Assembly (NCBI GenBank): GCA_031459385.1
Contig: JAVKIP010000010.1
Coordinates: 36,120-100,119, forward strand
DNA: 64,000 nucleotides
Source of the DNA: Candidatus Fervidifonticultor secundus
GTDB lineage: Bacteria; Sysuimicrobiota; Sysuimicrobiia; Sysuimicrobiales; Humicultoraceae
Direction: 5' to 3'
Part shown: piece after piece, positions 28,201-38,655 of the stretch
Layout of the letters: the number at the start of each line of letters is the position of its first letter
Numbering within the stretch: position 1 is the stretch's first letter
Made by a program: the position numbers and the translations under genes
Notes under the pieces: model-generated
What the model was told of the DNA's origin: nothing
The model's input: only the letters and a program-made list of their open reading frames with translations
The model's database searches: none

Positions 28201-28892
28201 CGTCGTACCTCCTGCTCGAGCACCGTGTGGTAGTAGCGCCGGCGCACCGCGACGTCGTCGAGCCCGCCCCAGAACCGCCGGTGGGGGTTCTTGTAGATCC
28301 GCGGCACCGCCACCTCCACGACCCGCAGCCGGTGGGCCGCGGCCTGGATCCACACCTGCAGGGGCAACCCGTACGATGGCTCGTCTAACTGGAAAGCGCG
28401 CAGCGCTGTGGCGCGGTACGCCTTGAAGCCGCAGAACGCGTCGGTGAGCGGGTAGCCCGTGAGCTCGCGCAGCCGCGCGGTGATCTCGGCGTTCAGTGCC
28501 CGGCGCTCCGGGGGCGCCGGGTCCCCGCCTGCGGCGGGATCCAGGTAGCGGCTGCCCGAGACGATGTCGGCGTGCTCCAGTGCCTCGAGGAACTGCGGGA
28601 TCTGCTGCGGCTCGTGCTGTGCGTCGCAGTCGATGGTGACCGCGGCCTCGTAGCGCTGGGCCAGTGCGTAGGCGAACCCGTCGATGAGCGACTGCCCGTA
28701 GCCCTGGTTGCGCGGATGGCGCAGCACGGCCAGGTCGGAATGCGCCCGCAGGATCTCCGGGGACCGATCGGTGGACCCATCGTCCACCACCAGCACATCT
28801 GCCTGGGGCGCCGCCGCACGGACTTGAGCCAGCACCTGCGGCAGCGTCGCCTCCTCATTGTACAGCGGCAGGACGATCAGCGTGCGTCGCAT
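28179..28892 (-). CDS. Family 2 glycosyltransferase (DPM1-like)
   Basis: PLYNEE, VDDGSTD, N.GYG, DCDAQH, GSRY, TDAFCGFKAY. Confidence 0.9.
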   Translation of the reverse strand: MRRTLIVLPLYNEEATLPQVLAQVRAAAPQADVLVVDDGSTDRSPEILRAHSDLAVLRHPRNQGYGQSLIDGFAYALAQRYEAAVTIDCDAQHEPQQIPQFLEALEHADIVSGSRYLDPAAGGDPAPPERRALNAEITARLRELTGYPLTDAFCGFKAYRATALRAFQLDEPSYGLPLQVWIQAAAHRLRVVEVAVPRIYKNPHRRFWGGLDDVAVRRRYYHTVLEQEVRRWLVSSP

Positions 28893-28948
28893 CGTCGCGT
28901 TCAACGCCCACGGCGCGCCATGGGATTCCCGGCTGCCGGCACGAGGGG

Positions 28949-29623
28949 TCAGAGGAGCTTCGACCCGTTGATGACCAGCTTGAAGTCGCAGCCCAGGAAG
29001 ACCGCGGCCCGCCGGCACATGATCATTCGGCCCAGGAAGATCTCGAAGTACTCCATCACCTGCGAGATGGTCGTGTCGATGGTCAGCTCCAGGGTGACGG
29101 TCTTGCTCTTCTCGTCGACCCGCAGGAACGAGTGCTGGACGGCGTAGTTCACCCGGTCGTGGATGTCGAACGTGGCGGGGTCGGGGTTGCGGACGCGGGT
29201 ACGGTGGACGTCGGACTTGTCCGCCAGGATCACCGCCGCCCCCACGGCGCTCACAGCCTCCCCGTGGGCTTCCTCGTGGTTTCCGATGGCGCCCATGACC
29301 ACGGCCCGCTCGTCGGCGGGCATGCCCAGACGCTGCAGGATGCGGTCGGCGAGCACGGCGCCGGTGTGCTCGTGGTTCTCCCGGCTCACCAGGTTGCCGA
29401 TATCGTGCAGGTAGGCCGCGATGGCGGCGACCTGCACCGTTCGCTCGTCGTGGCCCAGCCGGCGCAGGACATTGGCCGCGATGTTGGAGGTCAGGGTGGC
29501 GTGCCGGCTGCCGTGCTCCGTGTACCCGATGGCCCCCAGGTACTCGTTGGCCTTCTGGATGAACGCCTCGACCTCGGGGTCCCGCTTGACGTCCTCGAGC
29601 GTGAGGGCTCCCGGCGCCGCCAT
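28949..29623 (-). CDS. HD-domain phosphohydrolase
   Basis: YTEHG.RH, LHDIGN, GNHEE, LADKSDVHRTRVR. Confidence 0.88.
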   Translation of the reverse strand: MAAPGALTLEDVKRDPEVEAFIQKANEYLGAIGYTEHGSRHATLTSNIAANVLRRLGHDERTVQVAAIAAYLHDIGNLVSRENHEHTGAVLADRILQRLGMPADERAVVMGAIGNHEEAHGEAVSAVGAAVILADKSDVHRTRVRNPDPATFDIHDRVNYAVQHSFLRVDEKSKTVTLELTIDTTISQVMEYFEIFLGRMIMCRRAAVFLGCDFKLVINGSKLL

Positions 29624-29925
29624 CACTCCTCGGCCTTCTCGCCTCTGGACCGGACGTAGCTCACCGCGCCGCGGTCGGCCTTCACCCGCACGTTAGGCGC
29701 CAGGTCCAGGGTTAAGACGTCATCCTTGATGTCGGAGATGGTGGCATGCAGGCCGCCGACGGTCACCACGCGGTCGCCCCGCCTGAGCGACCCGAGCATC
29801 TCGCGGCGCTTGCGCTGCTGGACGCGCTGAGGGCGGATCATGAGCACGTAGATCAGCGCGAAGAACAGGACGTAGATAGCAATCAACGGGATCTGGGACT
29901 GCTGGGCCTGCAACAGTGGTGGCAT
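29623..29925 (-). CDS. yajC: Preprotein translocase subunit YajC
   Basis: IRPQ..QQRK, L.RGDRVVTVGGLHA; follows tgt. Confidence 0.95.
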   Translation of the reverse strand: MPPLLQAQQSQIPLIAIYVLFFALIYVLMIRPQRVQQRKRREMLGSLRRGDRVVTVGGLHATISDIKDDVLTLDLAPNVRVKADRGAVSYVRSRGEKAEE

Positions 29926-30018
29926 CGGTCCTCCTTGGATGGCTGCGGCCGGTGCACAGTGTTACCCGCGCGCCCGCCCGTCTCCTTCCCGCAGCGGTAC
30001 CCCCGGGCGGCGACGCAG

Positions 30019-31134
30019 CTACCAGGCGTCCCGGTAGCGCGCCAGGACCTCCGCCCGCCAGCGCTCGTAGGCGCCGGCCGCGATGGCGGCACGGGCCTGC
30101 TGGACGAGGCGCTCCAGGAAGAAGAGGTTGTGGTACGTGGCGAGTCGCGGGCCGAGCATCTCGTCGGCGGTGAAGAGGTGCCGCAGGTAGGCGCGGGTCG
30201 TGCGGGCGCACACCCGGCACGGGCACCCGGGATCCGGCGGGGTCAGGTCGGTGCGGTAGGCGGCGTTGCGGAGGTTCAGGCGCCCCGTCGACGTGAACAC
30301 CACGCCGGTGCGAGCCACCCGGGTCGGGAGCGCGCAGTCGAAGAGGTCCACGCCCCGCCCGATTCCCTCCAGCAGGCCGGGCACACCCCCAACCCCCATG
30401 AGGTAGCGCGGCCGCCCCAGGGGGAGTTCCGCCACCACGATCTCGAGCAGCTCGTACATCAGCGCGGCGGGCTCGCCGACGGAGAGGCCGCCAATGGCAT
30501 ACCCCGGGAAGTCCAGCGCCGCCGTGCGGCGCGCCGCCTCGGCGCGGAGGGCCGGGGCGAACCCGCCCTGGACGATGCCGAACAGCGCCCCGCCACCATC
30601 GCGCGCGTGGTACGCCCGGGCCCGCTCGGCCCAGCGCAGGGTGCGCTCCATGGCCGCGCGGTCCTCCCCAGGCGCGTGCGGGTAGCCCAGCAGGTGGTCG
30701 AGGGGCATGAGGATGTCCGCGCCCAGCCGGCGCTGGATCTCCACGACCCGCTCCGGGGTGAAGCGGTGCGTGCTCCCGTCGACGGGCGACCGGAACGTCA
30801 CGCCGTCGTCGTCCACGTGCCGCATCTTCGCCAGGCTGAACACCTGGTACCCGCCGCTGTCGGTCATGATCGGCCCCGGCCAGGCCATGAAGGCGTGCAG
30901 GCCGCCCGCGCGCTCGATCAGCTCCGGACCGGGGCGCAGGTACAGGTGGAAGGCATTGGCCAGGATCATCTGCGCGCCCGTCTCCGCCACTTCCTCGGGC
31001 GTCAGGGCCCTGACCGTGGCGTTGGTGCCCACGGGCATGAACGCCGGCGTGTCCACGGGGCCATGCGCGGTGTGCAGGCGGCCCAGGCGCGGCCCGCCGG
31101 CGCGCGCTTCGCACAGCACCTCGAAGACCGTCAC
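30019..31134 (-). CDS. tgt: tRNA-guanine transglycosylase
   Basis: TPAFMPVGT, TDSGGYQVFSL, GIVQGG, GGLSVGE, CPCRVC, HN. Confidence 0.97.
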   Translation of the reverse strand: MTVFEVLCEARAGGPRLGRLHTAHGPVDTPAFMPVGTNATVRALTPEEVAETGAQMILANAFHLYLRPGPELIERAGGLHAFMAWPGPIMTDSGGYQVFSLAKMRHVDDDGVTFRSPVDGSTHRFTPERVVEIQRRLGADILMPLDHLLGYPHAPGEDRAAMERTLRWAERARAYHARDGGGALFGIVQGGFAPALRAEAARRTAALDFPGYAIGGLSVGEPAALMYELLEIVVAELPLGRPRYLMGVGGVPGLLEGIGRGVDLFDCALPTRVARTGVVFTSTGRLNLRNAAYRTDLTPPDPGCPCRVCARTTRAYLRHLFTADEMLGPRLATYHNLFFLERLVQQARAAIAAGAYERWRAEVLARYRDAW

Positions 31135-31164
31135 GGCTGGCAGGGAGCGCGAGGCGCCGCCACG

Positions 31165-32439
31165 CTAGGGGTAGATCCCACGGATCGCCAGCGCCTCGGC
31201 GACGCGCTGGACCGCCCGCTGCAGGGCGGCCTGTCGCAGACTCAGGCCGTCGGCGCGGGCCAGCGACGTGACCTGGTGCAGGCTCTGGACCATCAGGCGG
31301 TGCAGGCGGCGGTTGATCTCGGCTTCGTCCCAGAAGAAGGCCTGGAGGTCCTGCACCCACTCGAAGTACGAGACGACCACCCCGCCGGCGTTGGCCAGGA
31401 TGTCGGGCACGACGACGATCCCCTTCCGGTCCAGCACGGCATCGGCCTCGGGCGTCGTCGGGCCGTTGGCGCCTTCGACGATCATGCGCGCGCGGATCTG
31501 CTCTGCGTTGGCGGCGGTGATCTGACCCTCCAGCGCCGCGGGGACCAGCAGCGTCACCGGCAGCGTCAGCAACTCGGCGTTGTCGATGGCCACGGTGCCG
31601 GGGAAGCCCACGACCGAGCCCGTGACCGCCGCGTGCTGCTGCACCGCGGCGACGTCCAGCCCGTCCTCGGCGTAGATGCCGCCCCGGACGTCGCTTATGG
31701 CGACGACGCGGCACCCCTCTTCCCACAGGAACCGCGCGGCCACCGACCCGACGTTCCCGAACCCCTGCACTGCCACGGTCGCGCCTTCCCACGGCAGGCC
31801 GAACAGCCGCGCCGCCTCGCGGGCAACGAGTACCACCCCGCGGCCGGTGGCCTCCGCGCGGCCGACCGACCCACCGACGACCACCGGCTTGCCGGTGACG
31901 ACGGCCGGGACCGAGTACCCGCGGTGCATGCTGAACGTGTCCATGATCCACGCCATGACCTGTGCGTTGGTCCCCACATCCGGCGCGGGGATGTCCCCGT
32001 GCGGATGCATAAAGGCCGAGATCTCGGCTGCGTAGCGCCGGGTCAGGCGCTCGAGCTCGCCAGGGGACAGGGTGCGCGGGTCGACGATCACGCCGCCCTT
32101 GGCACCGCCGAAGGGCAGGTTCATCAGCGAGCACTTCCACGTCATCCACATGGCCAGCGCCCGCACTTCGTTCAGCGACACCGCAGGGTGGTAGCGGATG
32201 CCGCCCTTGGTGGGCCCCAGCACCAGGCTGTGGTGCACCCGGTACCCGGTGAAGACCCGCACCGACCCGTCGTCCATCTTCACCGGGAAGTTCACCGTGA
32301 GCTCCCGCTCGGGGACCATCAGGTACTGCTGGATGCCGCGCTTGAGCCCGACCCGTCGCGCCACCTGCACGAACTGGCGCAGCGCCATCGCCCACGGATC
32401 GTCCGCGGTCTCTACCGTTGCCGCCAGGTGTCGGTCCAC
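31165..32439 (-). CDS. gdhA: Glu/Leu/Phe/Val dehydrogenase (glutamate dehydrogenase)
   Basis: [48 protein letters not shown]. Confidence 0.93.
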   Translation of the reverse strand: MDRHLAATVETADDPWAMALRQFVQVARRVGLKRGIQQYLMVPERELTVNFPVKMDDGSVRVFTGYRVHHSLVLGPTKGGIRYHPAVSLNEVRALAMWMTWKCSLMNLPFGGAKGGVIVDPRTLSPGELERLTRRYAAEISAFMHPHGDIPAPDVGTNAQVMAWIMDTFSMHRGYSVPAVVTGKPVVVGGSVGRAEATGRGVVLVAREAARLFGLPWEGATVAVQGFGNVGSVAARFLWEEGCRVVAISDVRGGIYAEDGLDVAAVQQHAAVTGSVVGFPGTVAIDNAELLTLPVTLLVPAALEGQITAANAEQIRARMIVEGANGPTTPEADAVLDRKGIVVVPDILANAGGVVVSYFEWVQDLQAFFWDEAEINRRLHRLMVQSLHQVTSLARADGLSLRQAALQRAVQRVAEALAIRGIYP

Positions 32440-32598
32440 ACGCCCCGTCCTCCTCCGCCCTGCGCTGGCTGGCCGCCCACGTCGCCGCCCGTCCGGCTAT
32501 TCGACGCGCGCCCGGCGGTTCCGTGCTGACGACGATCGCTCCCGCAGGCCCCTGCCCCCGCGGTGGCCTCGCGCACCGGTGCGGACCGGCGCGCCGGG

Positions 32599-32627
32599 TT
32601 GTCGCCACGCGGTAGCGACGCTACAAT
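32599..32627 (+). promoter_or_regulatory. Putative sigma70 promoter
   Basis: TTGTCG-N17-TACAAT upstream of the AGGAGG RBS of the 32661 gene. Confidence 0.6.
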
Positions 32628-32660
32628 GGCGGGCGAGCACGTCGCCCGCAGGAGGACCGC

Positions 32661-33155
32661 ATGGCCGATCACCCCGCATCTCCTGAGCAGCCAGCCGACG
32701 CCGCCCGGTCGCGCGAGGAGAAGATCGCGGCCCTGCGGGCCAAGGTCGAGGCGATGAAGGCGGCCCGGGCCGCCGCGACCGCCGGGGCGCCGGCCGCGGC
32801 GGCGAAGCCCGCCGCCGCTGTTGACGTCCCCGTCTCCTCGCTCAACCCCGGCGGCCGCCCCGGCTCGCCCCCGAAGGCGGCGACGGTCGAGGCCCTCGGG
32901 ACCATCAACAACAGCGTCGAACTCCGCGCGGAGGCCACCGAGGACGACAACATCAAGAAGCTGCTGGGCGGCCTCGGCGCCTACCAGAACCCGCTGCGCC
33001 GCGGAGTGTGGCAGCTGGACTACCGCTACTACGCCGAGGCGCGCCGGCGGCTGGAGGCCGCCGGCTACACGGTGGTCGGGAAAGACTACCTGGGGCGCCC
33101 GCTCCAGGACTGGACCCCCGTCGCGCGCGGCTGGACCCGCGTGCGGCCCACGTAG
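32661..33155 (+). CDS. Hypothetical protein
   Basis: 164 aa, strong RBS, high GC3, Ala-rich linker then a globular C-terminal part; family not recognised. Confidence 0.8.
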   Translation: MADHPASPEQPADAARSREEKIAALRAKVEAMKAARAAATAGAPAAAAKPAAAVDVPVSSLNPGGRPGSPPKAATVEALGTINNSVELRAEATEDDNIKKLLGGLGAYQNPLRRGVWQLDYRYYAEARRRLEAAGYTVVGKDYLGRPLQDWTPVARGWTRVRPT

Positions 33156-33166
33156 GCGCGCCCCCA

Positions 33167-34171
33167 TCAGAGGATCAGCATCGCGTCCCCGAACGAGTAG
33201 AACCGGTAGCGGGCGCGGATCGCCTCAGCGTACGCCCTGAGGATCAGTTCGCGGCCCGCGAACGCGCTGACCAGCACGAGCAGGGTCGTGCGCGGCAGGT
33301 GGAAGTTCGTCACCAGAACGTCGGTGGCCCTGAACCGGAACCCCGGGTAGATGAACAGCTCGGTCCAGCCTGCGCCCGGCCGCACCCGGCCGTCGTCGCC
33401 CGCCACGCTCTCCAGCGCGCGCACCGTGGACGTGCCCACCGCCACCAGCCGACCCCGGCGCGCGTTGATCGCGGCGGCAGCGTCGGCCGTGAGGACGTAG
33501 GCCTCGCCTTCCATGCGGTGGCCCTCGATCTCCGCGGCGTCGACACGCTGGAACGTCGCCAGGCCGATGTGCAGCGTCAGAGCCACGACGGCGATCCCCT
33601 GCGCCTGGAGCCGCGCCAGCAGCGCGGGTGTGAAGTGCAGTCCGGCGGTGGGCGCGGCCACGGCGCCGTCGGCCCGCGCGTAAACGGTCTGATAGTGTGC
33701 TGGGTCGGTGACGGACCGCCGGATGTACGGCGGCAACGGCAACTCGCCGCACCGGTCCATCAGCGCCACCAGATCCTCGCCCCGCGCCGCACGCACCAGG
33801 CGCCGCCCGTCCGGCAGCCGCTCGCCCACCGTGACGGGGTGCCCGGCTACCTCCACCACCGTGCCAGGCGGCAGCCGCCGGCCCGGCCGCACGAGCGCCT
33901 CCCACGCGTCGCCGGCCGGGCGCAGCAGCAGCAACTCCACGGCGCCGCCCGTGGGGCGCCGTCCCCGCAGCCGGGCGGGCAGCACGCGCGTGTCGTTGAC
34001 CACCAGGACGTCGCCCGCGCGGAGGTAGTCGCCGATCTCGTGGAAGACGCGGTGCTCGAAGGTCCCCGCCGCGCGGTGCACCACCAGCAGCCGCGCCGCA
34101 TCCCGCGGGGAGGCGGGCTGCTGCGCGATCAGCTCGGGAGGCAGGATGTAATCGAACTCGTCGAGTCGCAT
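33167..34171 (-). CDS. queA: SAM:tRNA ribosyltransferase-isomerase
   Basis: FDY.LP.ELIAQ, PLPPYI, YQTVYA, AAPTAGLHF, TNFHLP, YRFYSFGDAM. Confidence 0.98.
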   Translation of the reverse strand: MRLDEFDYILPPELIAQQPASPRDAARLLVVHRAAGTFEHRVFHEIGDYLRAGDVLVVNDTRVLPARLRGRRPTGGAVELLLLRPAGDAWEALVRPGRRLPPGTVVEVAGHPVTVGERLPDGRRLVRAARGEDLVALMDRCGELPLPPYIRRSVTDPAHYQTVYARADGAVAAPTAGLHFTPALLARLQAQGIAVVALTLHIGLATFQRVDAAEIEGHRMEGEAYVLTADAAAAINARRGRLVAVGTSTVRALESVAGDDGRVRPGAGWTELFIYPGFRFRATDVLVTNFHLPRTTLLVLVSAFAGRELILRAYAEAIRARYRFYSFGDAMLIL

Positions 34172-34209
34172 CCCGTAGCGCCCGGCGCGTCATCCCGACG
34201 GGCGGGCGG

Positions 34210-35373
34210 TCAGGGCCGCGCGCCGATCGCCACTCCCGTGTAGTAGTAGCGGAGGATCTCCGGGTAGTCGCGGCCCTGCAGCGCCTGGCCGCGGGCACCC
34301 CACTGGCTCAGACCCACGCCGTGCCCGCTGCCGCGGCCGCTGAAGTCGACGATACCATCGCTGGTCATCTGCACGTCGAAGAGCGTGCTGCGCAGCGTGC
34401 CGGCCCCCACGAGCGCGCGGAACTCGGTGCCCCGCAACTCGACCGCGCCGGCCGCAGCGTGCAGGCGCACCGTCAGGGCACGGCCCGACGGGCTGGTGGC
34501 CGCCACCTCGACCCGCTGCAGGCCGCCGAGGCCTCGACCCGCGTGCTGCAGTCGCGCTTCGATGGCGCTCAGGTCCATGCGCAGCGTCCACCGGTGGGCA
34601 GGCGCGCTCTGCGCGTAGGGGTCGGGCACGCCCCGCAGGTAGGGCTGCGCCACCCCCCACACGTACTCGCTGCTCTCTGTGGCACCGCCCGAGTCGCTGT
34701 GGTAGGCGGCGAACACCGGGCGTCCCTCGTAGAGCATCACGAGCCCCCGCGTCGCGTCCACCGCGGCCGTCGTGCGCGGATCCTCGGCGGCCACCCCGCC
34801 GTAGACCTGGGAATCGGTCGTGGCCCGGACGTCGTAGCCCTCGGCCGCAAAGCGGCCCGCCCAGTAGAGGGCCAGCGACCGGGCCGCGATCGCCTGGGCG
34901 CGCAGAGCGGCCGGCGGCCACCGGGGGTCCATCTCGCTGCGCACCACGCCGTACAGGTACTCCTCCAGGTCGACTTCGTTGATGACGGTGAGTGCACCCT
35001 GCGGCGTCCGGCGCAGTTCCAGCACGCCCCGGTACGGCCGCCCGTCGACAGAGAGGAAGCCGGTGCGGGCGACCAGGCGCACGGGCGCGAGGTAGACCGC
35101 CCCGCCGAGCTCCACGCCCTGCGCCGCCGGCCGCGCCTGCAGGCGCCCGCCCGCCAGCGCCTCGCGCCGGCCAGTCTGGACCTCGACCACGTCCACCGGA
35201 CCGTCGGCGCCGAGCGTGGCAGACTCGACTGCAGGCAGCAGCCCCACGCGCACGACCGCCGCCCCGGCGGGCTGCGCCGCGGCAGGCGTGCCGGCGGGGT
35301 CGGCGCCGCCCGCCGCCACCACCGCCAGGCACAGCCACAGGAAGGGGGACCAGACGCGGCGACCAGCCATCAT
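34210..35373 (-). CDS. SpoIID/LytB domain protein
   Basis: YRG, INEVDLEEYLYGVV..EM, ALRAQAIAARS, QVYGG, GHGVGLSQWGA. Confidence 0.92.
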   Translation of the reverse strand: MMAGRRVWSPFLWLCLAVVAAGGADPAGTPAAAQPAGAAVVRVGLLPAVESATLGADGPVDVVEVQTGRREALAGGRLQARPAAQGVELGGAVYLAPVRLVARTGFLSVDGRPYRGVLELRRTPQGALTVINEVDLEEYLYGVVRSEMDPRWPPAALRAQAIAARSLALYWAGRFAAEGYDVRATTDSQVYGGVAAEDPRTTAAVDATRGLVMLYEGRPVFAAYHSDSGGATESSEYVWGVAQPYLRGVPDPYAQSAPAHRWTLRMDLSAIEARLQHAGRGLGGLQRVEVAATSPSGRALTVRLHAAAGAVELRGTEFRALVGAGTLRSTLFDVQMTSDGIVDFSGRGSGHGVGLSQWGARGQALQGRDYPEILRYYYTGVAIGARP

Positions 35374-35387
35374 GCTCGCGCCGGTGG

Positions 35388-35603
35388 CTACCGGCGGATC
35401 ATCAGGTTGAGGAGCAACGTGAGCAGCACGCTGGCCAGGATCATGGTCCCGATGGGAATGTAGACCGTCAGGTTCGGCCGCTGGATCACGATGTCCCCCG
35501 GCACCCGGGGCAGGCGCGGCAGGAGCGTGAGCGCCAGCCCCACCACCAGCAGCACGATGCCCATCGCGACCAGCGCGCGGCCCAGCGAAGCGAACGGCGT
35601 CAT
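35388..35603 (-). CDS. DUF2905 family membrane protein
   Basis: [26 protein letters not shown]. Confidence 0.85.
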   Translation of the reverse strand: MTPFASLGRALVAMGIVLLVVGLALTLLPRLPRVPGDIVIQRPNLTVYIPIGTMILASVLLTLLLNLMIRR

Positions 35604-36637
35604 GTCGTCCACAGGCTCCCCTGACTGCCCTGCCCCCGCAGGGCCTCGGGCGGCTCGTGGCCGAGGTGCGCGTAGGCCGCGGCCGTGGCGCGACGGCCGC
35701 TGGGTGTGCGCGCGATGAACCCGGCCTTGAGCAGGAAGGGCTCGACCACCTCTTCGAGCGTCTCGGTGTCCTCGTGCAACGACGCGGCCAGGGCCTCGAT
35801 GCCGGCGGGTCCCCCCTGGTAGGTCTGGATCAGCGTCCGCAGCAACTCCCGGTCCAGCGCGTCGAGCCCCAGGTGGTCGACGCCCTCGAACTCGAGCGCC
35901 TCCCGCGCCACCGCCAGGGTGACGACGCCCCGAGCCCGCACCTGGGCGAAGTCCCGCACGCGCCGGAGCAGCCGGTTGGCGATCCGGGGGGTGCCGCGCG
36001 AGCGCCGGGCGATCTCCACGGCGCCGTCGGGCTCGATGGGCACGTCCAGGATCTTCGCCGAGCGCTCCACGATCCGCGTGAGCTCGTCCACGGCAAAGAA
36101 GTCGAGATGGTGGAGGATGCCGAAGCGCTCGCGCAGCGGCGACGAAAGCAGCCCCGCGCGGGTGGTGGCGCCGATGAGCGTGAACGGCCGCAGCCGGTAG
36201 CGCAGCGTACGGGCGTGCTGGCCGCGGTCGAGCACGAAGTTCACGCAGAAGTCCTCCATCGCCGGGTAGAGCAGCTCCTCGACGCTGCGCGGAAGGCGGT
36301 GGATCTCGTCGATGAAGAGCACGTCGCCGGCGTTGAGGTTGGTGAGGATGCCCATGAGGTCGCCCCCGCGCTCGAGGGCGGGCCCGCTGGTCATGACCAG
36401 CTCGGCCCCCATCTCGTGGGCGATGACCCCGGCCAGGGTCGTCTTGCCCAGCCCCGGCGGGCCGTGGAGCAGGACGTGGTCCACGGCCTCGCCCCGGCCT
36501 CGCGCCGCCTCGATACTGATGCGCAAGCCCTCAACCACCCGTTGCTGGCCGATGCACTCGTCCAGGGTGTGGGGACGGAGGCTGCGGAGGACCCGCTCCT
36601 CCTCGGCGGTCTGTGGGTCGAGTCGGTGCCGCGTCAC
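35600..36637 (-). CDS. ruvB: Holliday junction helicase RuvB
   Basis: [40 protein letters not shown]. Confidence 0.97.
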   Translation of the reverse strand: MTRHRLDPQTAEEERVLRSLRPHTLDECIGQQRVVEGLRISIEAARGRGEAVDHVLLHGPPGLGKTTLAGVIAHEMGAELVMTSGPALERGGDLMGILTNLNAGDVLFIDEIHRLPRSVEELLYPAMEDFCVNFVLDRGQHARTLRYRLRPFTLIGATTRAGLLSSPLRERFGILHHLDFFAVDELTRIVERSAKILDVPIEPDGAVEIARRSRGTPRIANRLLRRVRDFAQVRARGVVTLAVAREALEFEGVDHLGLDALDRELLRTLIQTYQGGPAGIEALAASLHEDTETLEEVVEPFLLKAGFIARTPSGRRATAAAYAHLGHEPPEALRGQGSQGSLWTT

Positions 36638-37251
36638 GCTGTCGCCTCCCGCTGGAGACGGTAGACTTCCTGAAACAGCGCCTCTGCCGAGTCGAGGTGG
36701 GGCGCGCGGCGCAGCGCCTCCTCCACCATGCGCCGGGCCTCGGTCACGCGGTGCCCCAGCTGTCGCGTCAGCACCTCGACGACCTCTTCCTTGAAATCGG
36801 CCGGCGCGGCCTGCGGAGGGACCTCCTCGCGCAGCAGGGCGTACTTGCCCATCTTCCCGTGGAGCGCGGCGACCACCTTCTCCGCCGTCCGGCTGCCGAT
36901 GCCGGGCAGCCGCTGGAGAAACGCCACGTCGCGTCGCTCGATGGCGTCGGCGATCTCGTGCACCGGCCGGACCATGGCGCGCGCGGCCTTGGTCGGTCCC
37001 AGGCCCTCCACGGTGAGGAAGCGCTCGAAGAACTCCTGCTCCACCTCCCGGAGGAACCCGATCAGCACGGGTCTGGGCTGATTGGCCGTGGCCTGGTACG
37101 AGACGAAGAGCTCCACTTCTCCCTCGTGGTCGGCCGGCAGGTGGGCTTCGACCACCGGCGGGAGGGCCACCTCGTAGCCCACGCCGCCGGCATCCACCAG
37201 GATCGTCCCGTCGCGCCGGCGCCGCACGCGCCCCCGGAGGTACCCGATCAT
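36634..37251 (-). CDS. ruvA: Holliday junction binding protein RuvA
   Basis: MIGYLRG, GGVGYEV, HhH motifs VEGLGP and LPGIG..TAEK. Confidence 0.93.
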   Translation of the reverse strand: MIGYLRGRVRRRRDGTILVDAGGVGYEVALPPVVEAHLPADHEGEVELFVSYQATANQPRPVLIGFLREVEQEFFERFLTVEGLGPTKAARAMVRPVHEIADAIERRDVAFLQRLPGIGSRTAEKVVAALHGKMGKYALLREEVPPQAAPADFKEEVVEVLTRQLGHRVTEARRMVEEALRRAPHLDSAEALFQEVYRLQREATA

Positions 37252-37799
37252 CCGCGGACCGCTCCCACCCGCAGCAGGCCGGTGTAGGCCAGGGCCAGCG
37301 CATCGGCCGCATGGGCGTTGCCCAGGGCCCGCAGCCGCAGCAGCCGCCGCAGCGCCGCCTGCACCTGCGGCTTGCTGGCGCGACCCGATCCGGTGACCGC
37401 CTGCTTGACGGCAGCCGGCGCCACGGCCAGCGTGCGGACGCCGGCCGCCGCCGCCACGGCGCACAGCACGCCGCGCGCGTGCCCGAGCACGATGGCCGTG
37501 CGCGGGAAGCGCGCGTGGGCGAAGAGGTCCTCGAGGACGACCACGTCGGGCCGCGCATCGCGCAGCAGGGCCTCGACGTCGCGATAGAGCTGGAGCAGGC
37601 GCGCACCCAGATCGCGGCCCTGCGTGGTCAAGACGCCCATGTCGACCACGGCCGGCCGGCCGTCGTCGGCCCGCAGGACCGCGTAGCCGGTCACGCGCAG
37701 GCCAGGGTCGCATCCCAGCACCACGCCGTGCGCTCCACGCGGCCAGGGAGGAGCAGCGGGGGAACGACGGATGCGGAGGAGCTGCGGCGCCGGCGTCAT
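37248..37799 (-). CDS. ruvC: Holliday junction resolvase RuvC
   Basis: LGCDPG...[28 protein letters not shown]. Confidence 0.93.
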   Translation of the reverse strand: MTPAPQLLRIRRSPAAPPWPRGAHGVVLGCDPGLRVTGYAVLRADDGRPAVVDMGVLTTQGRDLGARLLQLYRDVEALLRDARPDVVVLEDLFAHARFPRTAIVLGHARGVLCAVAAAAGVRTLAVAPAAVKQAVTGSGRASKPQVQAALRRLLRLRALGNAHAADALALAYTGLLRVGAVRG

Positions 37800-37819
37800 C
37801 GAACCTGCGTTCGATTATA
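37798..37819 (-). promoter_or_regulatory. LexA (SOS) box of Gram-positive type overlapping a TATAAT -10 element
   Basis: Palindrome ATCGAAC-CTGC-GTTCGAT (37798-37815) matches CGAAC-N4-GTTCG. TATAAT on the minus strand at 37814-37819, directly before the ruvC ATG. Confidence 0.8.
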
Positions 37820-37830
37820 CTACGAGCCGT

Positions 37831-38571
37831 TCAGCCCACCTGCTGCAGGATCTCGTCCGGGATGTCGAAGTTGGCGTAGACCTGTTGCACGTCGTCCAGG
37901 TCCTCCAGGGCCTCGAGCAGACGGAGCACGGCCTGGGCCTCCTTCCCCTCCACCCGGACCGTCGTCTTGGGGGTCATCCGGATCTCGGCCGCGGTCACCG
38001 CCAGGCCGCGCTCGACCAGCGCCTGCTTGACCCGAAAGGTGTCCTCGGGCCGCGTGATGATCTCGAAGCCCTCGTCGGTACGCCGCACGTCCTCTCCGCC
38101 GGCTTCCATCGCGGCCAGCAGCACATCGTCCTCGGTCAGGCCATCGCGCGCCACGGCCACGGTGCCGTGGCGGTCGAACATCCAGGCCACCGATCCGCCC
38201 AGGTTGCCGCCGTGGCGACTGAACACCGCGCGCACCTCGCCGGCCGTCCGATTGCGGTTGTCGGTCAGCGCCTCCACCAGCACCGCGACGCCGCCAGGCG
38301 CGAAGCCCTCGTAGTAGACCGTCTCGTAGTGCGCGCCGGCCAGCTCGCCGGTGCCCCGCTGGATTGCCCGCTGCACGTTGTCGTTGGGCATCCCGGCGTC
38401 GCGGGCGCGCTCGATCGCGGCGCGCAGCCGCGCGTTGGCCTCGGGGTTGCTGCCGCCCTCCCTGGCAGCCACGCTGATCTCGCGGGAGATCTTGCTGAAG
38501 AGCTTCCCGCGCACGAGGTCCATCTGCTGCTTCTTGACGCGAATGTTGTGCCACTTGGAGTGCCCGGACAT
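37831..38571 (-). CDS. yebC: YebC/PmpR family protein
   Basis: MSGHSKW, YEG.APGGVA, TDNRNRT, DDVQQVYAN. Confidence 0.97.
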   Translation of the reverse strand: MSGHSKWHNIRVKKQQMDLVRGKLFSKISREISVAAREGGSNPEANARLRAAIERARDAGMPNDNVQRAIQRGTGELAGAHYETVYYEGFAPGGVAVLVEALTDNRNRTAGEVRAVFSRHGGNLGGSVAWMFDRHGTVAVARDGLTEDDVLLAAMEAGGEDVRRTDEGFEIITRPEDTFRVKQALVERGLAVTAAEIRMTPKTTVRVEGKEAQAVLRLLEALEDLDDVQQVYANFDIPDEILQQVG

Positions 38572-38655
38572 GGCTCCCACCTCCGCCGCCGGTGTGACCG
38601 GACAGCGCTCCTCCGGACCTTATGCTACCGCACGGGGCCCGGGCGCGGGAACGAC

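Noticed and set aside
29720..32608. Very long alternative-frame and antisense ORFs (962 aa, 927 aa, and similar ones such as 37820-41077)
   Set aside because: Arg/Gly/Pro-rich shadow frames of real genes, expected at this GC content.
34210..35373. SpoIID as evidence of sporulation
   Set aside because: SpoIID/LytB domains are widespread in non-sporulating bacteria and often sit between ruvB and queA.
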